NCBI GenBank assembly: GCA_030390025.1
Contig: CM059453.1
Coordinates: 6,572,001-6,636,000 of the forward strand
From: Squalus acanthias
Taxonomy: Eukaryota
DNA: 64,000 nt
Direction of reading: 5' to 3'
The translations under genes were made by a program, and so were the position numbers. Each line of letters starts with the position of its first letter. The first letter of the stretch is position 1. The notes under the pieces are model-generated. The model had not been told where the DNA came from. It was given only the letters and a program-made list of their open reading frames with translations, and ran no database searches. Shown here piece by piece: positions 37,401 through 49,380 of the stretch.

Positions 37401-40400
37401 TGTCATCTGCGAACTTTCTGATCATACCTCCTACATTCATATGTAAATCATGAATGTAGACTACAAACAGCAAAGGACCCAGCACCGATCCCTGCGGTAC
37501 ACCAATGGACACAGGCGTCCAGTCACAAAAACAACCTTCGACCATCACCATCTGCCTCCTGCCACTAAGCCAATTTTGAATCTAATGTGCCAAATTTCCC
37601 TGGATCCCATGGGCTCTTATCTTCTTGACCAGTCTCCCATGAGGGACTTTGTCAAAATCCTTACTGAAGTCCATGTAGACTACAGCAACTGCACTACCCT
37701 CATCCGCACACCTAATCACCCCCTCGAAAAATTCAATCAAATTGGTCAGACATGATCTCCCCCTGATACAGCCATGCAGATTATCCTTGATTAATCCTTG
37801 CCTCTTCAAGTGGAGACTAATTCTGTCCCTCAGAATTTTTCCAATAACTTCCCTACCACCGATGTTAGGCTCAATAGCCTATATTTCCCTGGTTCATCCC
37901 TACTAGCCTTCTTGAATAATGGTACTACGTTAGCTTTTCTCCAGTCCTCTGGCACCTCCCCTGTGGCCAGAGAGGTTCTGAAAATTTGTGTCAGTGCCCC
38001 TGCAATCTCTTCCCTTGCCTCACACAGCAGCCTGGGATACATCCCGTCAGGGCCTGGGGAGTTATCCACATGTAAGCCCGCTAAAAACGTTAGTACCTCC
38101 TCCATCTCAATACTAATTTGTTCAAGTATATCCCCCTGCCTGATTGCTATATCTACATCACCCTTCTCCATCGTAAACACTTCTGCAAAATATTCATTTA
38201 AAACCTCACCTACATCTTCCGGCTCTACATTCAGATTGCCACGTTGGTCCCTAATGGGCCCTACTCTTTGCCGCGTTATCCTCCTGCCCTTAATATACTT
38301 AGAAAACATCTTGGGATTTTCCATTATTTTGCCCGCCAGTGTTTTTTCATGCCCCAGCTTCGCTCTCCAAATTTATATTTTTAAGTACCCCCTGCGCATT
38401 ATATACTCCTTTAGGGCTTCCACTGTTTTTAGCCCTTTGTGTCTGCCAAAAGCCTCCCTTTGGACCTAATCCATTCTTGTATGTCCCTTGTCATCCAGGG
38501 TTCCCTCGGCTTTTTGGTCCCACCCTTGACCTTGACGGGAACATGTTGGTGTTGTACTCTCTCTATTTCGTTTCTGAAAGACTCCCACTGCTCTGATGTG
38601 GATGTTCCTGCAAGTAGCTGATCCCAGTCCACTTTGGCCAGATCCTGCCTTAACATATTAAAATCGGCCTTCCCCCAATTTAGAACCTTTATTTCCGGTC
38701 CATCTTTATTCTTTTCCATGACTACCTTAAATCTCACCGAATTATGTTCACTGTCACCAAAATGAACTCCTACTGATATTTCTACCACTTGCCCAGCTGC
38801 ATTCCCCAGAATTAGGTCCAGTACCGCCCCCTCTCTTGTAGGACTTTCTACATGCTGGCTCAAAAAGCTCTCCTGGATGCTCTTTAAGAATTCTGAATCC
38901 CTCTAAGCCTTTCACACTGTGACTATTCCAGTTAATACTCGGGTAGTTGAAATCCCCTACTATTATTACCCTATTATTTCTACACTTCTCTGAGATTTGC
39001 CTACATATCTGTTCCACTTCTCCCCCTGAATGTATGGGGTCCTATAGTACACTCCCAGCAAAGTGCTTGCACCCTTTTTTGTTTTTAAGTTCTACCCATA
39101 TGGCCTCATTAGAGGAACCTGCTCAGATATCATCCAAGTTTACAGCATTAATTGTCTCCTTGAATAATATTGCGGCACCCCCTCCACTTTTACAGCCCCC
39201 TCTCTCTCGCCTGAAGATTATACACCTCGGAATATTGAGCTGCTAGTCCTGCCCCTCCCTCAACCATGTCTCTGTGATAATAACAATATCATACTCCCAT
39301 GCGTTCATCAACACCTTCAATTCATCTGCCTTACTCGCAAGACTCCTTGCATTAAAATAAATGACATCCAGCCTTGCCATACTACCTTGTGCCGTTATAT
39401 ATTTGCTCTGCCTTCCAGGCTGACTTGTTTTTTCCTGTATATTTGGCTGTGCATCACCCCCTACTATAGCTCCACTCCTTATCCCATCCCCCTGCCAAGT
39501 CAGTTTAACGCCCCCCCCCACCACCACCCCAAAAGTACTAGCAAACCTCCCCGCAAGTATGTTGGACCCGTCCTGGTTCAGGTGCAACCCGTCCGAGTTG
39601 TACAGGTCCCACCTTCCCCAGAAGCAGACCCAGTGATCCAGGAAAATATAGCCCTCCCTCCTGCACAAACTCTTTTGCAACGTATTCATCTGCTCCACCC
39701 TCCTATTCCTATACTCACTAGCACGTGGCACCGGGAGTAATCCAGAGATGACAACTTTTGAGGTCCTGCTTTTTAATCTTCTACCGAGCTCCCTAAATTT
39801 TGGTTGCAGGCCCTCATCCCTCTTTCTACCCATGTCGTTGGTACCAATGTGAACCACGACCTCTGACCTTCAGAAGGCCTTCAGTCGTTCAGTGACATCC
39901 TTGACCCTGGCACCAGAGAGGCAACATACGACCCTGGAGTCACGTCTGCGGCCACAGAAACGTCTATCTGTTCCACGTACGTTAGAATCCTCTATCACTA
40001 TTGCTCTCCCACTCTTTTTCCTCCCCTCCTGTGCAGCTGAGCCACGACCAGTGCCACGGACTTGGCTCTTGTTGCATTCCCCTGAGCAACCTTCTCCCCC
40101 ATCAGTATCCAAAATGGAAAATCTGTTGGAGAGGGAGATGTTCCCAGGGGACTCCTGCACTATGTTCCTCGTTCTTTTACTCTGTCTGGTGGTCACCCAT
40201 TTCCTGTCTGCCTGCGCACTCTTTACCTGCGGTGTGACTACCTCGTTAAACGTGCTATCCACGAAGATCTCTGCTTCGCAGATGCTCCACAGCGACTCCA
40301 GCCACAGCTCCAGCTCCGAAACGCAGATTTCGAGTAGCTGCAGCTGGAGACACTTCCTGCACACCTGTTCGCCCTGGACACAGAAAGTGTCCCTGACTCC

Positions 40401-43400
40401 CACAAAACACAGGAGGACCACTCCACGCTGCCGACCTGCCCTGCCATGTCCTACCCGTAATTTACTACATTTACTTCCTTTAATTTAACGAATATTAATT
40501 ACACTAGGGACCTTACTTCCCTTTAAGCACTACTTAATCTAAACTAGAGACCTTACTTTTTCTTTAACAAATGGACTGTAGAAATACTCACCAGCTCCTA
40601 CTTACCAATCAGCTCCTTCCCAGGTTATGACGTCACTTTAGCGGTTTCGCAGTTGTTGTTGTTTGACTGCACCCGCTCTCGGACTCTTTCCTTGGTGTAA
40701 AGTAAGAACCAATTCCCAACTCACAGCACTCTGCTTAAACCGCACTTTTATTTTTCTCCAGATGCGGTTGCGGGATGTCACAGAGCCGAACTCCCGCTGG
40801 TTCTCTGTCCGCTCTTGTGCAGCTTTTTAGCTCCTGCTATCATGGAAGCTGAGAAAGACAGAAAAAGAAAGGAACACCTCCCTCCCCGAACTCCCTCACT
40901 AACCAAACTCGCAGCTTAACACTCTGTTCCGAGCTGCACTACGTGACAAACTGCACTAAGTGTCCGGTCTAAAGTAAACAGGCTTATCCTGTCGGCCAAC
41001 GGGCACAACATTTGCACTTTTGCCACAAGTAATTTATCAGGAATTAGAACTTCATCAAAGAATGCATCATGAAAAGCTCAGCATCTGTAGCAGGGGAGCT
41101 CACTTCGATAATAAATGGTTCGGAATGGCTCTCATCTAATTCGCATCAGTCATATTACATTAGAAACATTCATAACCATGAATCAATGATGGTGCCTCCA
41201 ACAGATTTTTTAAAGTGATTGTTAATCTTTATTCTAAGAACTTCCAGTCAGGTTCTGAGTTTAGTCAGTTATAAATGGAAGCAACAAAGGCCATGCCGAG
41301 TTAGGATCTGAATCTATGGCACCAGGTCTCACCTTTGGTTGGGCTTAATAAGAACTTAAGGATTAGGAAAAGGAGTAGGCAATACGGCCCTTCGAGCCTG
41401 CTCCGCCACTCCGGCAATCATGGCTGATCATGGAACTCAACTCCAATTTCCCGACCGATCCCCATACCCAATATAATGAATTAATTATGAGCTTAATTAT
41501 GCTTATTCGGCAATCACGTTTCTCGTTAACGCCTGTTTTAGATGGACTGGAAATCACAACCGTCAACTCCTCTTTTGCAGCTGTGGAAGGAAGTTCATTG
41601 TTATTATACTGCAGGGCCTGGGGGAAACCCCTGGTCAGTTTAAGGTGGGTGAAAAATGGTGAAGAGACCAGCAGGTCTTCCACTGGTGAACTAAAGCAGA
41701 TATTCCACAACATTCGTTCTGAGGACGACGGTGAATATTGGTGCATAGCTGAAAATGCCCTGGGCACCGCCAACCGCTCCACACAGATTTCAGTACAATG
41801 TAAGTATGTATGAATTTATCAATTAGAGAGTAGCCTTTCATTTCACGAACTCTGGATTAAATTCCAATTTTCTCTTGCCTGCTTGCTGGAGGGCGACCAT
41901 GTGCATGAGTTTGGGATGGTTTCACCTCTTTGCGCGGAAATAGCGGCAAACTACCTCGATGGCTCCAATAATGGAAACTAACCTGCATCTCGCTCAGTAT
42001 GACAGGAGTGGAATATTGCTCAATTTCTCATAAATGCAGCGGGTCTTACATTTATGAGGTTGCGACACAAGCTCATTTCCTGGGACCATTAATCTACAAC
42101 TAATTGTTCATAAATTATACTCGTCGTCTGAAATAATCAATTTTCCAATCTATAGAACTGACATGTAGCAATTTGAGGAGCACAAATTCGCTCAAAAAAA
42201 GTGAGATAAAATGGTGTTATCAAACTACTTTTACTTGTATTAACATTGAGTTAATAGTGCAATGTTCTCGAGACTTGATTCTTTGAATTGTCGCTTGTTA
42301 TCCGGAGGTTTATTGAAGAATCACGTCAGTCCACCACAAACGAAATGTTTAATCCAGTACACAAAGTGAAGAAATTGAAATGAATTGAACTTTTAAAACA
42401 TTGACGGGTGTGACACGTTTGTGTGTATATTATACATAATTAAAACTCTGAGCTAGCTCCGTCTGAGGGTCCCTCACAACATCTGTCAGGAGATGTACTG
42501 AAAGACTGAACACTCGTTGTATTTAATATGGAATTGTTCATAACGAGCTCACCTGTTATAAGTGAAAATATAATAAGCCATGAACTGTTGCAACATTGGC
42601 TGCTTCATCTTAAAATATAACAACCAGAACCATTATGGTTAGTTCAAGTCATTACGTAATTGTAGTTCGACACTGCAACTGTTTACATGATCATTCCCGA
42701 TTGAAGTTTCCATTATTTTTAGATAAACCCACAATTGCAGCAGGCCCGACATGCACCAACTCTGAGAATTGGACGGATTGTAGCTGCCGGATCAGAGCCA
42801 ATCCCCCGGGAAACATCACGTGGTGCCTCAATGGGAGAATTCTCACTGGGGACAGGTCAGATGTGGAAATCATCTCCTGGGCAGTGAATAGTCACCTCAT
42901 GGAGAGCTCCCTGAGACTGACTCACCCAACCGGAACCGGAAACCTGATCTCATGTGTTGCAGCAAACGAGCACGGTGATTCTGTCAGTAAATACCAGCTC
43001 CACTCTAAGGGTACGTGTTGAATCTGCCTGTAATTTAATACTATAAGGGAGTTGGTCCATCATGGTCAGTCACTACCTGAACGGTGTTAGTGTCAGCAAA
43101 TACCAGCTCCATTAATCAGCTCCATACTGAATCTATATCTAATTAGTGTAAGGACCTCTTTCCATCAGTGGTCAATCAGCAACTGAAAGGTGGCGTCGGC
43201 ATCATCCATTTGAACTTTCAGTCTTCTGAAACTTGTTCGGTTCATATTTTCAAGATAAGATGGAATTATCTGAGCACCAGAAGTAGCCAGTGATCTTGGA
43301 AAACAAATTCTTGTGAAATAAGCTATTTTTTTTCGAAAATCCAATTTGCTCTCAATACATGATAGCAAACTGCAATCGACCAGTTTGTAGATACATGCTC

Positions 43401-46400
43401 ATCTCTATCTTCTCCAAACTCATTTGAGTATGTAACGCGGATATATAATAAACTAAGCGAAATTGAATTATCTCCATAGATTATAAATCTTACCGCTGTA
43501 ATTGGTGACCTTGGCGGGCCTGTATTCAGCTTAGATTATGTCCACTGATTTTCCGAGGGTGGGTTGTCGCGTGAAGTTAATTTGTCAATTGAGATTTTGA
43601 CATCAGCGAATTTTCAATTATTAATTCCAATTTACACCAGGATGCAACACAGGAATAAAAGGCTTTTACGCAAGGATCATGAGGTTGAGACATGTGGAGT
43701 ATCTAATTTACCACTAGCTTTGAATCCGAACATAAAGGAAACGTGCTTCTTTACACTCATAAAAGTGCTTCTAAGATTGTTGTTTAAACCCAACTTCGTA
43801 ATGTTCATCAATGTTTTTTCCCCAACATTTTAGGAATATTCTCCACGACAACCGTCCTCATAATAGGAGGAGGAGCCACAGGGTTTGTTATTCTAATTGC
43901 AGTCGTGCTCACGCTGAAGATACAAAGGTATGTGTTATTATAAATTTGATAGAATTGTGTTTTAAAGATGACCCTTTCGGCCAGTGATTGTTTTCACCTC
44001 CGGTGTATTCTGTATAAAGTTTGCAGCATGCTCAAAAATAGGCGGAGAATCCCTGTCAGTTTGTTTCTGCTGCTACTTTTAAGGGGCCCCCTCACACGAG
44101 TCCCCTTGCCATGTCACGCTCTAAGGACAGTACTACACAAGAATGATACTTAAATTCTAACAATCAAGCTAGTCCAGCAAACAGCTAAACAAGAAGCAAA
44201 AAAGTCACGTGAAATATACTTTTACAGTCGTTGTTAAGTTTGTTTGACTCCAGGAGTAGAACATTATATTTCAAAATTGGGTGTGAATGATGTACTAAAG
44301 CATGAAACATGCAATTATTTATGTTGCCCTTGTTATCTTATTCTTTCCGGTCACTTAAGCTACTTGATCTGACTAGCTCTCACTGAAAGCCGTAGACAGA
44401 CTCCCTTCTTTTAAAATGCAGGCTGATAATTATCTTCAGAATTGTGACCGGCTCCCAGTGAATTAAAATAACAACCAGATCGGTTTACAATCTGCTGCCT
44501 ATCAAATTTATCCTTCAACCAATCGGACAGGATGTTTATATTTGACATCTATGACGTTGCTCGTCGGATAGGTGCCGCCCCTCAACAGCTAATGATTCGA
44601 CAAAAAACGAAACAAAATGAACCACAACACTCTTGTGAGTGGTGCTAGCTTTTACAGCTTCATGTACCATGATATATTTAAAGAAGGAAATTCCATGTTT
44701 AATAATATGAACTAATCAATGATCGCAAAATGATTGATGAGGAGTATTGATTTATTCCTGATTTCTAACTCCAATGTGTTGAAGTGTTCTACCTAATAAT
44801 AGAAAGGACTGTGTTGACACATTGAAACACTTGCATCTGCTATTTACCCATTTTGAAATCATTAATAAACCTCCCACAGACCGTTATTTATCACACCCAA
44901 CTTTCACCGAGAGCAATCAGCACCGTGCCGTTAACGTATATTATCGATAAAGTAAAATGTTCCCTTTTGAAATGTTGGTTGGTGGAAATTGAAAAGAATT
45001 GGTTTTCGGATCTGGTCTGCGCTAATCAGGAGAAGTAAAAGCCACAAGGTGCCAAATAAAAGGTTAGAACACAAGATTAGGACTCATGGGGTTGAGGCTA
45101 ATATAGTAGCATAGGTAGGGGGTTCGTTAACCGACAGAAAACAGACAGTAGGTATAAACGGATCTTTTTCAGGTTGGCAGGTTGCAACTAGTGGGGTGTC
45201 GCAAGGATCACTGTTGTAGCCTCAGCAATTTACAATCTGTATTAATGACCTAGATGAAGGGACCGAGTGTAATGTATTCAAGTTTGTTGATACAAAGCTA
45301 GGTGGGACAGTAAGCTGTGAGGACAACACAAAGAGTCTGCAAAGGGATATAGATAGATTAAGTGAGTGGGCAGTAAGATGGCAGATGGAGTATAATGTAG
45401 GGAAACGTGAGGTTATTCTCTTTGGTAGGAAGAATAGAAAAACAGAATATTTTTTAAATGGTAAGAAACTTTTAAATGTTGGTTGTTCAGAGAGATTTGG
45501 CTGTCCTCGTGCAAGAAAGACAGAAAGCTGGCATGCAGTTACAAAAAGCATTAAGGAAGGCAAACGGCATTGTGTCCTTTATTGCAAGTGGTTTGGAGTA
45601 TAAGAGTAAGGAAGTTTTGCTACAATTGTACAGGTAAGAACACACCTGGAGTACTGTGCACAATTTTGGTCTCCTCTAAGGAAAGATATACTTGCCTTCG
45701 TGACAGTGCAACGAAGTTTCATTAGATTGATTCCTGGGATGAAAGGGCTGTCCGATGGTGAGAGTTTGTGTAGAATGGGCCTATACTATCTGGAGTATAG
45801 AAAGATGAGATGATCGAATTGCAACATACAAGATTCTGAAGGGGATTGACAGGTTAGATGCTGAGAGATTGTTTCCCCTGGCTGGAGTGTCTAGAACTCT
45901 GGGGGATAGTCCCAGGATATGGGGTCGTCGATTTAAGACCGAGTTGAGGAGGAATTTCTTCACGCAGTGGGTTGTGAATCTTTGGAATTCCCTGCCCCAG
46001 AGGGCTGTGAATTTAGAGTCTTTGATTATTTTCAAGGCTGAGATAAATACATTTTTGGACTCTACGAGAGTCAAGGTCTACGGACATGGTTTGGGAAAGT
46101 GAAGTTGAGGTCGATGATCAGCCATTATCTTATTGAATGGAGGAGCAGGCTTGCGGGGCTCGAATGGCCTACTCCTGCCTCTATTTCTTATGTTCTTATG
46201 TTCTTAAGTCTTTCGTGACCTACTGACGTCCTTCATCGCGCAAGCGCCGTGTATTTTCACTAAACATTCCAGTTAATTATCAGAAGTGCCTAATTTGCAT
46301 GTTTTATTGTTCAGAAAGAAACACGGAGAAGCTGCACGTGTCTCCGAAACACACGATGATTTGGTGATTTACAGTACGGTGCAGAAGGTACTAAACACTG

Positions 46401-49380
46401 AAGTAAGTGAAGCCAAGCTGGGCTGCAAATTGTAGTATGGTTTTAGTGCTTTCAACCAGCAAGTAACTCATAACTGGCATTACCCAACAGATAAACTGGA
46501 GTGTCAGAAACGTGTTGCCCATTAAGGGAGGATTAACCGCCTCAGGTCGCTAAGAGTGCAACATAGCTACAGACTCTAAGTCTAGTGACCGACTAAATCC
46601 AATTAGGGAGTATTTCTCACCTTGGCGTTCCTTCAAAAACCAAATTCTTAATATAGGAATGCGTTTCCAATGTCATCTTACCCCCTACGAATTAGGTGTC
46701 ATCTGTTAAATGCCCAACAAGCTCACGAAGTGTCAGCGACCCCAGAGGGGATAATCGTTGCCCTTCCTCAGGTTATGTGTAACTCCAATTTGCATCTTGC
46801 TGCCGATGTGGGCCCCATGTTCTCCACCTTTCCGCAAGAAGGCTGTGGCTTCAAGCTTCGCTTCAGCATCTGAACCGATAATCTGGACTGAAACTTCATT
46901 TCAACACTGAAAGGTGTGCAGCATTGCCAGAAGACCCGTCCTTTTGTATTAGATGATAAACGAGGCCCCGGTTGTTTCTTGCTATGGAGGGAATCGATCA
47001 CTTGGTCCTATTGTGGGGACGAATGAGAGTTTTCCCAGGGCCCTTACTAACATTTCTCCTTCAATGAACACCAGCTAACACAGATTAAGTCGCCATTCAT
47101 CCATTTAACTGGTTGCTGCATATTTTCTACAACAGCGGCTGGAATTCAAAATATATTAATTGCATAGCAGTGCTTCGGTCTTAATAATCACAGAATCATA
47201 CAGCCCAGAAGTAGCCATTCAGCCCGCGGTGCCAATGCTGGCTCTTTTAAAGAGCTATCCAATTGGTTACACTATTCTGCTCTTTGACCTTAGCCTTGAT
47301 TTGATTTTTTTTCCATGTTCACGCGTATATCAAATTCCCTTTTGAAAGTCACTGTTGAATATGCTGCCACCGACCTACATGCAGCTCATTCCAGATCACA
47401 AATCGCCTTGCTAAAAAAAAACCTTCTCACCTCCTATTTGGATCTTGTCCCAAATATCTTCAATCTGTGTCCTCTGGTTAGCGATGCTCCTGCCAGTGGA
47501 ATCAGTTTCTCTTTTATTGTGTATTAAAATTCAGCAGTATTTTTATCACCAATATCTAATCTCCCTTTAACATTCTCTACCCTAAGGAGAACAACCCCAG
47601 TTTCCCTGGACTCTTTCTTTAAGTGCAGTCCCTCATTCCTCCTACAATTCTAACAAATTTGTTCTGTACCTTCACTAATGCATTGACGTCCTTTCGACGG
47701 TGTTATGCACAGAACTGAACACAATTCGCCAGCCGAGGCATAACCACTGATGTACAAATGTTCAGCGTATTTTTCTTGTCTTCATAATCTGTAACTCAAT
47801 TTATAAAAACCCGGATCAAGTATGCTATTTCGAAGCATTAGAATCATTTTACAGTACAGGAGGCGAATATTCGGTCCGTTGTACCTGTGCTGGCTCTTTG
47901 AAAGAGGTTTCCAAATTAGTCCCACATCCCAGCCTTATCGATTCGTCCGGATATACAATTGCACGTTCTTTATTTCTTGCATCAAAACTTAACAACGCTC
48001 ATCTCATGAATCAGCACCATTAGAAATCTTAACAGGTGCAGACAGCGCACTGCCATTGCATTCAGGTCCATATTTTTTTTAATTCGTTTATGGGATGTGG
48101 GCCACGCTGGCAAGGCCAGCATTTATTGACCATCCCTAAATGATCTTGAGAATGTGGTGGTGAGCCCCCTTCTTGAAACGCTGCACACCGTGTGGTGAAG
48201 TTAGTCCCACAGTGCTGTTAGGGAGGGAGTTCCAGGATTTTGACCCATCGACGATGAAGGATCAGCGATATACTTCTAAGTGAAATGGGGAACTTGGAGT
48301 TGGTGGTGTTCCCATGCGCCTGCCGCCCTTGTCCTTCTAGGTGGAAGAATTCGCGTGTTTGGGAGGTGCAGCTGAAGAAGCCTTTGTGAATTTCTGCAGT
48401 GCATCTTGTAGATGGTACACACTGCAGCCACGGTGCGCCGCTGGTGGAGGGAGTGAATGTTTAAGGTGGTGCATGTGGTGATGATCAAGCGGGCTGCTTT
48501 GTCCTGGATGGTGTCGAGCTTCTTGAGTATTGTTGGAGCTGCACTCATCCAGGCAAGTGGAGAATATTCCATCACACTCCTTACTTGTACCTTATAGATG
48601 GCGCAAAGGCTTTGGGGAGTCGGGAGGTGAGACAATCGTCGCAAAATACCTAGCCTCTGACCTGCACTTCTTACCACATATTTGCAATAGCTCTGTTGTG
48701 GAGTATTGTAAAACAACACTCGGCACAAGGGTTTAGATCGACAGACAAGTTGTCTTTATTACACCGGTGGAGAGACAGTCTGCTCTGTCCTAGCCAGACG
48801 TTTCCAAATTGTTACAGCAAACACTACATTTTTATACATTACAATACACATGACCATCTCATGCAAAATATATTCCAGCCACCTGATTGGATCTTGGCCC
48901 GCATGCACCTTCACGGATTGGTTACGAATCTTAATATAAGCATGTATAAGCTACCTCTTCGAACAATCACTCAAATTGCTGAATGCTAATTAAAAGATAC
49001 CTTGGAATGCGACCTAGGTAATAAAGTTCTTACGGGTAGTTGAAATGCTGGACATCCTGTCTCCATTTAATTGTTTTATCTCTCTCCAAATGTCAGCTGT
49101 CGTTGACCACATCGTTATAGATGTGGCACTTCATGTTAGCCCTTACCTTTTTACAGTATTCAGGAAAACTGCCAGCAATGTAATTTTAACTCTTTCCCCA
49201 CAGCAGCTCCACATCTAACACAAATGACTTCCGTTACAGAGGGGCCATCAGTGTACAGAGGCTGGTCGTGGCGCCGCTCAATCGACTAAACCAGATCAGC
49301 GTGACGAGATTGTGTACGCGACCGTCAATTTCTCAAACTTCCGCAAACATGATCAATATATTGAAAATGAGGAGAGCTGA
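31447..49380 (+). CDS. Siglec/MAG/CD22-like inhibitory Ig-superfamily receptor; spliced CDS join(31447..31489,32113..32493,35573..35884,41542..41799,42723..43010,43834..43927,46315..46402,49240..49380), 534 aa
   Basis: All introns are GT-AG with compatible phases (1,1,1,1,1,2,0); 1605 nt open from ATG to TGA. Order: signal peptide, Siglec-type V-set, C2 with HxCP, I/C2, MAG-D5-like Cys-rich Ig, TM, tail with VIYSTV and IVYATV ITIMs. Orthology to a named Siglec cannot be assigned by eye. Confidence 0.88.
32113..32493 (+). CDS. Coding exon 2: Siglec-type V-set Ig domain
   Basis: Acceptor tttctcag|, donor G|gtgagt. VVMPKVVSAVLGSCAEIPCKF...FSGRAEFKGNLEKRQCSLLIKDIRKSDEGAYQF shows the Siglec B-E intrasheet Cys pattern, an interdomain Cys and no F-strand Cys. 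Confidence 0.93.
32553..33075 (-). mobile_element. CR1 3' fragment in intron 2
   Basis: (catagagt)n reverse tail; TQRVVRSWNLLP. Confidence 0.85.
35573..35884 (+). CDS. Coding exon 3: C2-set Ig domain (Siglec domain-2 type)
   Basis: tttttatag| acceptor, T|gtaagt donor; KPEI...MTCSVTHNCP...LKW...VSSVIIFTPSSANDGNILGC. Confidence 0.92.
35891..40956 (-). mobile_element. Full-length, inactivated CR1 LINE (5'UTR, ORF1 with Zn finger and SGNH esterase, ORF2 EN-RT, tail)
   Basis: ORF1 fragments (CRKCLQLQ; VHIGTND; DGLHLN), EN (IYFNARSL, ITETWL, VGDFN), RT (YMDFSKDFDKVPH, GVPQGSVLGP, KFADDTK), C-terminus at 35906; TSD taagt at 35886-90 and 40957-61. Confidence 0.93.
36674..37280 (+). mobile_element. 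CR1 3' fragment nested in the full-length CR1
   Basis: Opposite orientation, (tttctatg)n tail, TSD aaatg at 36669-73 and 37281-85. Confidence 0.9.
41348..41470 (-). mobile_element. Short CR1 3'-terminal fragment
   Basis: aggagtaggcaatacggcccttcgagcctgctccgcca motif. Confidence 0.75.
41542..41799 (+). CDS. Coding exon 4: I/C2-set Ig domain
   Basis: ttttag| acceptor, T|gtaagt donor; EGSSLLLYCRAWGKP...LRW...EDDGEYWCIAENALG. Confidence 0.92.
42723..43010 (+). CDS. Coding exon 5: membrane-proximal Cys-rich Ig domain (MAG domain-5-like)
   Basis: tttttag| acceptor, G|gtacgt donor; PTCT...DCSCRIRANPPGNITW...SSLRL...ISCVAANEHG. Confidence 0.9.
43834..43927 (+). CDS. Coding exon 6: transmembrane segment
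   Basis: ttttag| acceptor, AG|gtatgt donor (phase 2); GIFSTTTVLIIGGGATGFVILIAVVLTLKIQR. Not in the ORF track. Confidence 0.88.
45040..46205 (+). mobile_element. CR1 RT-to-3' fragment in intron 6
   Basis: Degenerate GVPQGS-like and WQMEYN motifs; (ttcttatg)n tail. Confidence 0.88.
46315..46402 (+). CDS. Coding exon 7: cytoplasmic exon with ITIM VIYSTV
   Basis: ttgttcag| acceptor in phase 2; (R)KKHGEAARVSETHDDLVIYSTVQKVLNTE|gtaagt. Confidence 0.82.
47189..47940 (-). mobile_element. Old CR1 3' fragments
   Basis: Reverse tails (acagaatcatacag; agaatcattttacag) and ctaaggagaacaaccccag. Confidence 0.7.
48073..48685 (-). mobile_element. HER1-type LINE 3' portion
   Basis: ORF IYKVQVRSVMEYSPLAWMSAAPT..LDTIQDKAARLI plus the HE1/HER1 shared tail. 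Confidence 0.8.
48694..49205 (-). mobile_element. Solo LTR (512 bp)
   Basis: Termini TGTTGTGG...CCACAGCA (7/8 inverted match), 4-bp TSD gctc on both sides, minus-strand AATAAA at ~48755. Confidence 0.75.
49240..49380 (+). CDS. Coding exon 8: terminal cytoplasmic exon with ITIM IVYATV
   Basis: Branch-point-like ctaac at ~49215, then ttccgttacag|; RGHQCTEAG...DEIVYATVNFS...ENEES*. The same acceptor context is conserved in the paralog at ~62461. AATAAA at 49482. Confidence 0.82.
   Translation, partial: RGHQCTEAGRGAAQSTKPDQRDEIVYATVNFSNFRKHDQYIENEES

Noticed and set aside
37798-40488. Long plus-strand ORFs (223 aa, 198 aa)
   Set aside because: Antisense shadows of CR1 ORF2 and ORF1.
31447-49380. 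Naming the gene MAG or CD22
   Set aside because: Four Ig domains, a missing Arg and a tandem paralog fit neither ortholog; a phylogeny is needed.
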